NCBI GenBank assembly: GCA_951406725.2 | Contig: OX597821.1 | Location: 113,646,001 to 113,710,000, forward strand | Source: Octopus vulgaris | Taxonomy: Eukaryota | DNA length: 64,000 bases | Direction: 5' to 3' | Shown here: piece by piece, positions 1 to 11,381 of the stretch | Layout: every line of letters begins with the position of its first letter | Position numbering within the stretch: position 1 is the stretch's first letter | Position numbers and translations under genes: made by a program | The notes under the pieces: generated by a model | Told to the model about the DNA's origin: nothing | What the model saw: the letters and a program-made list of their open reading frames with translations, nothing else | Databases searched by the model: none

Positions 1-649
1 AAATTCTCGTCAATGCCAATATTATTCTAATTAATTGTAATTACATCCACATGTAATCACATCAGTCTTTGGTGAGATAAAGAATTTTGTTTGTTTTGTT
101 TTCCAAATGTTAGATGAATAGTTGTTGTTATAGATTAATCCCAGGTCAACATAGACAGAGTAGAGCTATGATAAAAAGCAATCCAGTTACGACCATCCCA
201 TCTTATTCTCAGGCTCACTGCACCAAAGATCTTATTTATGCAAAATGTCTCTTTTTTATTCAAAGACGTTAAGGTGTGATTTTGAAGATATATAACTGCT
301 ATTTCTAGCAGTCCCTCTCCTTGCTGGGTTGCTTGGGGAGGCATGCTGTCCAAATGGATTCATATTAAATTACTTGCTTATGGGGCATAATTTCAAGTTT
401 GCTTCTGGCATTTCTTTGTATTTCTAGCTAGAATGCATTGATTCATGTCACCCAACCGTTTGAAATGGTTACCAAAATATCTGTCAGTCTTCACCTTTCA
501 AACCCAAAGGCTGATCCCTCTTTGTATGTATACCTATTTCGTCTACACCAGTGTTTTGCAACCATTTTTTTTTACCCATGGACCCTTTTGCTCCCTATTT
601 TACTCAAGTAGACCCCACTAACCATTCCATGTCAAAAAATCTTATATGC

Positions 650-1065
650 TCGAGAAGACCTGTTGAGTCAAGTAAAATCAATATCATAGCTGTGACCAGT
701 GCACTCTAACTAGCTCCTGTGCCAGTGTCCCCTAACTGGCTCCTGTACCAGTGGCATGTAAAAGCCCCATCCAAACGTAGCCAATGCCAGTGCCCCCTGA
801 CTGGCGCCCATGCTGGTGGCATGTAAAAAGCACAATCCAAACGTGATCGATGCCAGGCTAGCCTGACTGGCTCCTATGCCAGTGGCACATAAAAAGCACC
901 CACTACACTCTCAGAGTGGTTGGCATTAAAAAGGGCATCCAGCAGTAGAAACATTGCCAGATCAGACTGGAGCCTGGTGCAGCCTCTGGCTTCCCAGACC
1001 TCAGTCAAACTGTCTAACACATGCCAGCATGGAAAACAGACGTTAAACAATGACGATGATGATGA
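650..1065 (+). mobile_element. SINE-like repeat with (GAT)n tail (RTE-type 3' end)
   Basis: Shared 3' motif ...aagggcatccagc...catgccagcatggaaaacagacgttaaac-gatgatgat; related copies ~2020-2230(+), 4303-4640(-), 6420-6617(-), 27720-27872/28363-28420(-), 32330-32428(-), 40497-40790(-). Confidence 0.75.
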
Positions 1066-2406
1066 TAAATTATCAGGAATTATATTTAAAAAATGTTGAA
1101 ATAAATAGAAAAATTATTATTTCTAAATCTCTGAATGAGAAACATAATGTAATAGTCCTTGTTAGGACGAATGTTACTGTTATTTGGCTGCAGGAAACAT
1201 TGTCTCCAGATGGCTATCGACACACTGTCTGCATCCTCATATTTTTGAACAAGGAACTTTAGTGTATCCACTCAGCATGAGATCCTGGGATCAATTCCAC
1301 AGTGGGTTATCTTAGCAAGTATTTATTTTAACCATGGCTTGTGGCTGTTCTAAGCCTTGTGAATGAATACAGAATGGGAAAACTGTTTGGAAGGCTGTTC
1401 CATAGATTATACCAGTAATTCCCACATTGTCATGCTGATTACTTCTAAGAATTACATTAACCATTTCATTACAACATTTCTCTTTGTTTAAAAAGAAAGA
1501 AAAAAACATTATTCAATGGACTCTTCACTTTTTTTGAGATGGCTGTGTGTTATTTGAAGGTGATTTGACTGTTGTGTCTAGTAGGTCAAGTGTCCACATA
1601 AGGGCTCCTCTGTTGGTGGTCCTCCTCCTCCTCCTCCTCATCATCATCATTTATTTACTTAAACCTTTGTTTTAGAACTAAACCTTTTCTCTTAGTTCTG
1701 TCCACAATGGAAGGCTTATGAACAATTTCAAAATACTTCCTCCCCCTCCAGTCCTCTCCTATTCTCTCCTATGATCCTCTTCTTGCACCTTAAGGGCATG
1801 CACTAATGTTTCATTGCCACCATCTTTATCTCCCTTTCCAGCTATTCCCATCCACCCTTATATAATGTTGGGTAGCTCTGTATCTCCTCTACAGCAAGAT
1901 ACCCTTTCCTGTTTCTCTGTCATTCTGTGATCTCTCAACACTTGACATAAAGACACCACCCTTGCTACTACACTCATTTACTCAAAAGGTCTTGTTTTGT
2001 CTTGCAAATTATGTGGTAACCTCACTTGTGCTGGTGCAACAAGAAAAATAGTCTTCAGACTGAAATGATTGACATTAAGAAGGGAATCCAGTTGTAGAAA
2101 CCATGCCAAAACCAAAACATGCTCTGGAGCTCAATGCAGAATTCTTATTCACTGGATCCTGTCGAACTGTCTTATCCATGCTGGCATGGATGAAGGATGT
2201 TAAATGATGATGATGATGATGGTGATGCTGACAATGACTATGACAACGATGCTGCTGCATCGTACTACAACCCCTAGGGCAAGAGCCCTCTTTCCATCTT
2301 TCTCTCTCTCTCTCTCAGCTTTGGAAACTCAAAAATATATGCTCAAATTATAATAATAATTGTGTGCAAAAAGTACGAGTTAGAATGTGGTATGAGCACT
2401 AATTAA

Positions 2407-2640
2407 GGCGGCAAGCTGGCAGAAATGTTAGCACACTGGACGAGATGCTTAGCGGTATTTCGTCTGCCACTACGTTCTGAGTTCAAATTCCATCGAGGTC
2501 GACTTTGCCTTTCATCCTTTCGGGGTCGATTAAATAAGTACCAGTTATGCACTGGGGTCGATATAATCAACTTAATCCGTTTGTCTGTCCTTGTTTGTCC
2601 TCTCTGTGTTTAGCCCCTTGTGGGTAGTAAAGAAATAGGT
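2407..2640 (+). mobile_element. tRNA-derived SINE, family 1 (Meta/Sauria-like central motif)
   Basis: A-box-like tggcagaaatgttag, B-box gagttcaaattcc, core gcctttcatcctttcggggtcgat-aagtacc; further copies ~14958, 16073, 16437, 22068, 25040(-), 34760(-), 36730(-), 37225(-, tandem pair), 42270(-), 47715(-), 48240, 55225, 55730, 56719, 57130(-). Confidence 0.85.
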
Positions 2641-2699
2641 ATGAGCACTAACCTCAGTCAATAGCAGAGAATGGTCAGGTGAATCTCACATAGAATATA

Positions 2700-3020
2700 C
2701 CAATATACTCAGATCAGAAGTTGCAACATAACCAATCAGATATCACTCTCCTAATGAAGGAGTCCAAAGGATGGACTTCCATCAATGCAGCTATACTTGC
2801 AGACCAGAATATTATGAAGAAAGAGGACGAGAAAGTCAGGAAGTACCAAGACGTGATATTTCAAGTGAAATGCATCCATAGAGCCCCTAAAGTGAATGTG
2901 GTACACTTGGGGCCATCTCAAAGAAAATGGTATTCTGGCCTCGAAAGCTGCAAATACCAAATTTCATAGGAAGTATTCAGTTGGCAGCAATACTTTGAAC
3001 AGCTCATGGAATCTGTATTA
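2700..3020 (+). pseudogene. decayed restriction-like endonuclease end of an R4/Dong-type non-LTR retrotransposon
   Basis: Translation HNQSDITLLMKE...ILADQNIMKKEDEKVRKYQD resembles HNxPD...D...N...KE.EK..KY.DL RLE motif. Confidence 0.6.
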
Positions 3021-3385
3021 TGAAATGACAAAATGATTTCAGGAGATCAGGCGGAAGCACCTGAAGATAAGGAGTAGGATGAAATTATGTGACAGTTTTA
3101 ATGTTACATAACACAAATTCCATGCATTTTAAAAAAAATGTTGTGCATAACTGCTTCTCCTCTTCCTTTCACTCTCTCGTTTAATTAGTGCATAGCAAAC
3201 AACATAAGTTGCTTTTGCACTGGAGTTGCACGGCACATGTCATCTTAACAAGATCACTTTATGATTTTGATATGGGATAGAGAGTATTTGATACAAGGAT
3301 AAATAAACTTTATTGAATTTCATTTCCTTCCTGCATATGCTACAGGCTAACCAACTGTTCTGCCATGATTAGTTCTATTACTACT

Positions 3386-3449
<64 letters not shown>

Positions 3450-3455
3450 CATACA

Positions 3456-3489
<34 letters not shown>

Positions 3490-3521
3490 CATATATATAC
3501 ATACATATATATATGTGTATG

Positions 3522-3552
<31 letters not shown>

Positions 3553-3602
3553 ATAATGTATGTATGTGTGTATTCATGCATGTATGTATATTTATAATAT
3601 AT

Positions 3603-3835
3603 AGGGTCATCCATAAATAATGCGTTTTTTTTATGCTTCTTTTATTTTTCAAAATTAAAATAAGCAAAGTTCTTTTTTGATCTTAAATATACTCTCCTTC
3701 ATTTTCTACAATGCTCTTTCATCTCTTTGGTAGATTTGCAAAGCCCCTCTTCCAAAATTCACTTGTCCATGCTGAAAAATACTCCTCCAGTGCTGTTCTG
3801 ACCTCGTCTACAAAATTCATATTTTTTTCATTCAA
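3603..3835 (-). mobile_element. mariner 3'-end relic
   Basis: Minus translation MNFVDEVRTALEEYF...EFWKRGFANLPKRWKSIVENEGEY (frameshifted) then TIR-like end next to TA. Confidence 0.65.
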
Positions 3836-3943
3836 AAGAATGAAACTTGTTTCCCTGTCTACCTACTTACTCTCTTTGTGATGTTGGTAAATGGAATAAC
3901 TATAAAAATGAATCTTTTCAATTTAACTAAATTCTATATTTAT

Positions 3944-4033
3944 ATGCAGCTGAAGATTGCTCTACATTTTAAAACTGGTGTAATACTTGCATTTTTTAAT
4001 TAAATGGAGTCGTATGAAACGATCGTACTGCAT
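3944..4033 (+). ncRNA. type I hammerhead ribozyme, long stem II
   Basis: Stem I AUGCAG/CUGCAU, CUGAAGA 3950-3956, GAAA 4016-4019, palindromic stem III ACGAUCGU, GUA site 4025-4027. Confidence 0.8.
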
Positions 4034-4255
4034 TACCTTTGGATATCCTTGTTGCTTATTTTGATTATAATCACCCCATTTTGAATTATATGGATAATAC
4101 CATACCAAATTCTGGAGCCTTTAACTTAAGTACCATATTCAACTGAATCTAAATTTTTACTGAACTTATATATATATACATTTAGACGGTTGTCAAGCTA
4201 TGTTGAGGTGGGGGACAAACACAGACACACAAACATATACACACACATACATACA

Positions 4256-4306
<51 letters not shown>

Positions 4307-5227
4307 TCATCATCATCATCATCATCATCATCGTTTAACATCCGTTTTCCATGCTAGCATGGGTTGGATGGTTTAACTGGGGTCTTGATTGCCCCAGGCT
4401 CCAATCTGATCTGGCAGTGTTTCTACAGCTGGATGCCCTTCTTAATGTCAACCACTCCGAGAGTGTAGTGGGTGCTTTTTACGTGCCACCGGCACAGGTG
4501 CTAGGGGAGGCTGGCAACGGCTATGATTGGTTGGTGCTTTTTACATGCGACCGGCACGGAAGCCAGTCAAGGTGGCGCTGGCAGTGACCACGTATGGATG
4601 GTGCTTTTTATGTGCCACCGGCACGGGTGCCAGGGGAGGTTGGCAACGGCCTGTGTATGTATGTATATATATACATATATATATATATATGTATATATAT
4701 ATTACGACAGGCTTCATTCAGTTTCTGTCTACCAAATCCACTCACAAGGCTGGTCGGCCCGCGGCAATAGTAGAAAACAAGGTGTCACACAGTGGGAATG
4801 AACCCGAGCATATTATACTACATCAAAATATTTTACCTGTTTTATGTCCAAACCAGCGAGATCCTGCCCCACGAGTCTACCCTACAATGTTATTCTCGTA
4901 ATAAGCAATCACATCATCGAGATCTTGAATAATTGATGATTAATTGAAAGCAACATGGATAAATAAGCATTACATTTCACTGAATAATCTGAATGCTAAA
5001 GGGTTAAAAAAAAAATCCTAGTAAAAGTGTTTGCTAAAATATATTACAAGTTTCAAAATGTTTCATTTAATATCCAAAACGATATATATAATATATACCC
5101 AAAATTAATTTACGAAGGTGTTGTTAATTCTATTATTATCCAATGCAACTATTTTAAAAATGATAATAACAGAATCAATGACACAGGGAATAGCAGGCCA
5201 AAAAATAGCATTAAATAGCCGAGGGAT

Positions 5228-5359
5228 TAAAATTAATCAAAGGACATACTAAGTACGTCTACCTGCTAGAAATAACAGTCAAAACTCTTATTTTTTGGCG
5301 AGTTAATAAGAGTTTTGACTGTTATTTCTAGCAGGTAGACGTACTTAGTATGTCCTTTG

Positions 5360-5369
<10 letters not shown>
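5228..5369. repeat. perfect inverted repeat, ~65-bp arms, 12-bp spacer, abutting (TA)n
   Basis: 5228-5292 is the reverse complement of 5305-5369. Confidence 0.9.
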
Positions 5370-5398
<29 letters not shown>

Positions 5399-5671
5399 TA
5401 ATTAATGAGTCAATTATCATTAACCATTACCATTTATGAGAAAGATTCCCAATTGGGAATCAAGTCAAAGAATGTGAAAAATGAAGGTGTTCTCCAGATT
5501 TCTTCTTTATCAACCATCAAGAAATTCTGCCACTTTCATTTCAGGCTGATGGTTGTTGTGGGGATGGGATTTCAAACCCAGAACTGGGTTGGGAACTGTT
5601 TGGGAAATTAATCTAGTTTGAATTTGGAGACAGCCTAATCAACAGGCAATTGCTGTATTAATCATCATCAC

Positions 5672-5928
5672 TGCCGCCGCCGCTGCCACCACCGCCGCCG
5701 CTGCCACCACCGCCGCCGCTGCCACCACCGCCGCCGCTGCCACCACCGCCGCCGCTGCCACCACCGCCGCCGCTGCCACCACCGCCGCCGCTGCCACCAC
5801 CGCCGCCGCTGCCACCACCGCCGCCGCTGCCACCACCGCCGCCGCTGCCACCACCGCCGCCGCTGCCACCACCGCCGCCGCTGCCACCACCGCCGCCGCT
5901 GCCACCACCGCCGCCGCCACCGCCGCCA

Positions 5929-5963
<35 letters not shown>

Positions 5964-5974
5964 ACCACCACCAC

Positions 5975-6023
<49 letters not shown>

Positions 6024-6160
6024 CCCGAACCCCCTACTACCACCACCACCTACACTACTACTACCCCGACCCCACTACTACCACCATCACCTACACTACT
6101 ACTACCCCAACCCCACTACTACCACCACCACCACCACCACCTACACTACTACTACTAACT
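5672..6160. repeat. GC-rich 18-bp minisatellite (GCCGCCGCTGCCACCACC, ~13 perfect units) grading into (CCA)n/(CTA)n
   Basis: Direct reading; gives the spurious poly(VVAAAA) ORF. Confidence 0.95.
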
Positions 6161-6254
6161 GTATGGTCATCTGTGCTGACATAATATCTTCCGTGAAATC
6201 TGATTTTGATTCCTGGTTGTCGCAATTTTGTTTCACTTGCCTTGCTAAGTGTAC

Positions 6255-6290
<36 letters not shown>

Positions 6291-6689
6291 GCACATACAT
6301 GCATACATACATACATACATACATGCACTCCCACTTATGCATGGATATGCATGTTTGTATCTCTATATGTACGCATCTATAATACACACACACACACAAT
6401 ACTGGGAGACTACAGTTAGATCATCATCATCATCATCATCGTCATCATCATAATTTAATATCCTTTGTCCATGCTGGCATGGGTTGGACGTTTCGACCAG
6501 GTCTGGCAAACCGGAAAGCTGCACCAGACTCCAGTCTGGTTTGACACGGTTTCTACGGCTGGATGCCCTTCCTAACGTCAATCACTCTGAGAGTGCAATG
6601 GGTGCTTTTACGTGCCATACATACATGCATATACTCATACATAATACATACATACATACATTAGGTTTTGTTAGTAAATGCTTTTGTTA

Positions 6690-7190
6690 GGTTTTGTTGG
6701 TAAATGCTTAAAGGAGAATCTGGATAAACTGGGATTTTCAGAAAGAGAAATCGACTGGCTAATTCGTACATTACAAGTGCAATCTGTGAGTGAAACAGTA
6801 AAAATATGCAAGACTTTTCTCAAGTTCCAAATGTGAATTTGTCTATGTTAACTTCATCGCAAAGATGGAGCCTTATATCTTTGCAGGAAACCGGCTCCCT
6901 CCTCAGTGGAAGATTAATAATAATTAAAAAATCACGCATACATACCATCAAAAGTTCAAAGAAAAGAGAACACTTATGGTGAATTCATGTGAAACTTATA
7001 GTTCTTATACCCTGACTATAAATTCTCTTTAGCACCTATCATCATTGGTGCATTTGGCTACGAAGCTACAAATTTACACAAACATTTAGAAATACTAGAT
7101 TTTCCCAAGAAAGAGCAAACGAATTCTCCAAATCCTATCTATCAGCGGCACAGTGAGGGTCTGTAAGACATTCTAAAGATTCTCCATCAG
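6690..7190 (+). pseudogene. two 3'-end fragments of R4/Dong-like RLE retrotransposons
   Basis: KCLKENLDKLGFSEREIDWLIRTLQVQSVSETVKICKTFLKFQM* followed by short UTR and TAA repeats; second homologous piece LYPDYKFSLAPIIIGAFGY...SISGTVRVCKTF. Confidence 0.6.
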
Positions 7191-7415
7191 AGATTCTCGA
7201 GATGAATAAATGCACACAATTGGGTGTATGCATCGACTGTTCAACCAACACACCAACTCAACCAATATTTACAAACACCAGGAACTCTCTTAACGCAAAA
7301 AAGTCTGGTTACTTTGTTAGCGATTGGCTTGAACTCTCTCAAGAAGAACTTAAATAAAACTCAGAGAAAAAAATATATATACGGAGGAATGGCTGTGTGG
7401 TTAGTAGCTTGCTTA

Positions 7416-7509
<94 letters not shown>

Positions 7510-7512
7510 CAT

Positions 7513-7546
<34 letters not shown>

Positions 7547-7814
7547 ATGCATGTCTTTGTGTCTGTGTTGTCCCCCTGCTATCGCTTGACAACCGATGTT
7601 GGTGTTACGTCCCCCATAACTTAGCGGTTCAGCAAAATAGACCGATGGAATAAGTACTAAGCTTACGAAGAATAAGTTCTGGAGTCGATTTCTTCGACTG
7701 AAAACCCTTCAAGGCGGTGCTCCAGCAAGGCCACAGTCAAATGACTGAAACAAATAAAAGAATAAAAATATAGGAGTATAGCCGTAGGTACCTCATGCCG
7801 TGAGTACCTCTTTA

Positions 7815-8380
7815 AAGCATTTCTATGTCTGCTTCTATCGTCTTAGTTTTTATTATCCCATAAGCTCGTGTCTGTCTGTCGGAACACAGATGTAAACGCA
7901 GAGAAATACATCTGTTTTTGTTTGTCTTTGAATATGTTCTCGTTAGCACATTTATGCACGTTCCTTGTAACAGATTGCGGTATGACTGCTCTAGTGCTGT
8001 TGTAAACATATTGGTATGTCTTTATGTTTGTTAACAAAATAGTACGCTAGTAACACATCCACATATTGAAAACAGTGACGACATAGGCTTTTGCCTACCA
8101 CAGCAAGTTTACACTTATGGATATCTGCTGTATTAGCACATCCAAGCACAGTAAATCTGTGTTTGGTATCCTCAACTCTTAACGTTGATCTCTCTCTCTC
8201 TCTCTATCAGCTAGAGTTATTTTGTTTTGTCCTAGAGCAAAGACGCCATAGTATCGATGTTTCAACACTATTAGACATACGTTCTGTTGTTAAATTCTTT
8301 ATCAACAGATATCTCTGCAAACTAATCCAAGAATTTCTTGCTGCTTCATAATCAGTCGACGCCTTATCACCACAAGTCTG
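7815..8380 (-). pseudogene. pogo/Tigger-type DDD transposase relic
   Basis: Minus translation ERMSNSVETSILWR (cf. YNADETxLFW) and DTKHRFTVLGCANTADIHKCKLAVVGKS (cf. KDRxTVLxCANAxGTHKxKLxVIGKS). Confidence 0.75.
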
Positions 8381-8938
8381 AAAAAAAAAATGGCTTATAT
8401 ACATAATATACATACATGTATAAATATGTACATACATACTTATATACACACATGCATATCATCATCATCATCATTTAACGTCCTTTTTTCCATATTGGTT
8501 TGGACTGTTTCACAGGAGTTGGCCAGCCTTCTTCTACGAAATATAACTTCCAGGGTTATAGAAAATCTGTAGAAATAAACTTAAAAATGAGAACATTGCA
8601 CTGCTAGCACAAGAAGTAAGGCACTGTATAGACATGTAAACCTTTAAATATATTATGGTAGAAAAAGCAAATACTGCGTTCTTGCTACCAATTAATATTT
8701 ACATACCAATCCCCAGGAATGTGTTTGATATGCAAAAATGGTCTCTCCAATAGTGTTTCACGGCTAAATTTAGTGTGGCTATTTAAGCAATGCATTCGTG
8801 GATCATTAAGGGATTGGGGGAGGTGCTGATGAAAGCGCAATAACTCTTGAAATATGCATATGTACCTATTGCCTAAATTTTCTTCGATCGCATTGTTAAC
8901 GTAGACTTATCGTATTCAAAATGTCAGAAGCAATAAGC

Positions 8939-8990
<52 letters not shown>

Positions 8991-8993
<3 letters not shown>

Positions 8994-9969
8994 TATTATA
9001 AAAGGCAGATTTTATCTGCCTCCCTTTGTATCTTATAGAAATCTACAATATAGGATTTCTTCAATTACAATTTACCTAGCATTTTTAAGAGTAGAATGCA
9101 TCGGGTCGTGCCAGATCCACTTTTTAAAATTTCAACCCCAATTAAGCAAAATTTAGAGAAAACTCACATTGTGGTGTATGAGTCAAATGCTTCTTTTAGT
9201 GTGGGATACAGCACACGCAAACGCACACACACAGTGTGCAACGAATAAAGTGAAAGTAATTCACTTTCTGTACTGAGTGACTCTTTCACTCTACATTCCC
9301 ACTTCCTCTTTACACACATAGACACGCAAATATATAAATAAAATTGTAAGCTAACGTGTGTGTGTGCGTGTGTGTGAGTGTGTGTGTGTGTGTGTGCGTG
9401 TGTGTGTGTGTGTGAGGATGTGTGTGTGTGTGTGTGCGTGTGCGTGAGTGTGTGACAGGAAAGTTTTTTACGACGAATATAAGACCTATATCCAAGTAGC
9501 AGAAAGATCGCCCAAAAGTGTATATAGATATTTAAATGTATTTATATATTCATCTATACACAGATGTATGTATAATGTGTGTGTATATATTTCCATAGCG
9601 GTAACCTTTCACTCCATACAAAGTTTTTTAGGACGAATATAAGATCTAAAGTATATCCAAGTAGCAGAAAGATCTCCCAAAAGTGTATATAGGTATATAA
9701 ATGTATTTATATATTCATCTATGCACACATGTATGTATAACATGTGTGTATATATTTCCATAGAGGTAACCATTCACTCCATACAAAGTTTTTTAGGACG
9801 AAAATAAGATCTAAAGTTATCTCTAAGAAAAAGAAAGATCGTCCAAAAGTGTATATAGATATTTAAATGTATTTATATATTCATCTATACACACATGTAT
9901 GTATAATGTGCGTGTATATATTTCCATAGAGGTAACCATTCAATCCATACAAAGTTTTCTAGGACGAAT
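8991..9969 (+). mobile_element. Helitron-like 5' segment with internal ~163-bp tandem array
   Basis: Starts TC right after (TA)n with small hairpin ggcagat/atctgcc; repeat units start ~9461, 9621, 9785, 9951. Confidence 0.55.
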
Positions 9970-10816
9970 ATATATATATATAAAAGAAAGGTTGTGTGTC
10001 TGTCTCCTACGATTTAGATTCCTAACTACTCCCACATTTTGCAATGCAGTTTAACCAAAACCGGGTATCTTATAGTCGTGATTCATATCGAGCCCTTCTG
10101 GGTATTAGCGTGCGTCTACGATGAGTCTATGATTTTACAAATAATTTACCATCATTTTTTTCCATTTTAATGCATATTTTTTTAATAAAGGGAAGTAACT
10201 CTCAAACTTCACACCAATATGCGTGTTCATATGCGACGTAATATCACATCAGCAGCATTTCCTCACACCCTCCTTGCACTTGGCGAAGGCAAAATACCAG
10301 GGGATGAAAATGGTAATATTGCCATCGATTCCATTTGTACCATTGTTAAGACGCCTTCTGATCTCAGAGATGCAGTGTTCCCAGATCTACAAGCTAATTA
10401 TCAGAATATGGATTGGATTGGTAAAAAGGCTATACTGGCCCCGAGATATAAAACTGTTCACCATATTAATGATGAAATGCTAAAACTCATTCCTGGGGAA
10501 GTCTATGTATATCAGTCTATCGATACAACTCCTGACCCAGAGGACGTCATCAACTATCCAATAGAGGTACTCAATTCCGTTGAGCACCCCGGACTACCAC
10601 CACACTTTCTCAAACTTAAAGTTGGTGCCCCTATAATGCTCATCAGAAATTTGGTTCCCCCAAAACAATGCAATGGCACACGTTTTATCGTTAAGTCCTT
10701 ATCTCCCACCGTAAACTTATATCAATATTTGCCTGAATAATAATCATAATTCAGTGCAATCATTAACAGTACTTTCAAGCAATTCAGCCCCGAGCAACGC
10801 CGGGCAATTCTGCTAG
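9970..10816 (+). mobile_element. internally deleted Helitron carrying a PIF1-type helicase fragment
   Basis: ORF 10219-10740 with NMRV-like start, KAILAP, GLPPHFLKLKVGAPIMLIRNL, CNGTR motifs; 3' GC hairpin then CTAG at 10813-10816. Confidence 0.88.
10219..10740 (+). pseudogene. Helitron RepHel helicase (PIF1 family) fragment, 173 aa
   Basis: Motifs PPHxLKLKVGxPIMLxRNL and CNGTR; lacks Rep domain and both helicase ends. Confidence 0.88.
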
Positions 10817-11180
10817 TATATGTATAAACGGCAAAATGTCTGTCTGTCTGTGTGTCCTTTATACAAATCCACAATTTTTCAGTTAGAGGGCTCGCACATT
10901 CTATGGTCATTTAAAACCGTCCAAGGATAGTCGTGCACATCATTACATTTCCCCAGTCACCCCTCAAAGCCATTAAAAAATCAATAGAAGTGACTTTTTT
11001 GTGAATTTTCTATCCAAACCCCAATCAAAATGCCCGAAACTTGATACACCAATTGAATGTCAGCTAGCTGTATGTGAATGGTCGGAGATTTGGACAGTAC
11101 TCGCGTGTATGTGCGCATGCACGCAGCTGTATATGCATGCACTAGCATTATGACCAGGCGTTGTTGGGTCATAGTGCTAG
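10817..11180 (+). mobile_element. non-autonomous Helitron in tandem with the previous one
   Basis: Begins directly after CTAG; subterminal (GTCT)n; ends hairpin gacc...ggtc + CTAG 11177-11180. Confidence 0.7.
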
Positions 11181-11381
11181 TGTATTTATATATATATAAA
11201 GCACGAAACTGCTAGGACTTTCCGGGCGCTGACTGACTAGGAAATCTCCTGCGAATGGTCCATGTATCTTGTCTTTGTCCAGTTTTCCGCTTGTTATGTT
11301 ATCGTTCATTTTTCCGTATGTTGTTTTTTTGTTAGATTTCCGCTTTTGTGTTCTTTCTGTCCTACCCTTGATATATATATA

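Noticed and set aside
3058-3095. CUGAAGA...GAAA hammerhead-like string (also CTGATGA at ~20048 and ~36194)
   Set aside because: No stem II/III pairing or no downstream GAAA
5639-5974. 111-aa poly(VVAAAA) ORF
   Set aside because: By-product of the 18-bp minisatellite
11262-11381. Hydrophobic N-terminus of the 584-aa ORF as a signal peptide
   Set aside because: Derives from an unrelated repeat fragment plus TA run upstream of the truncation point
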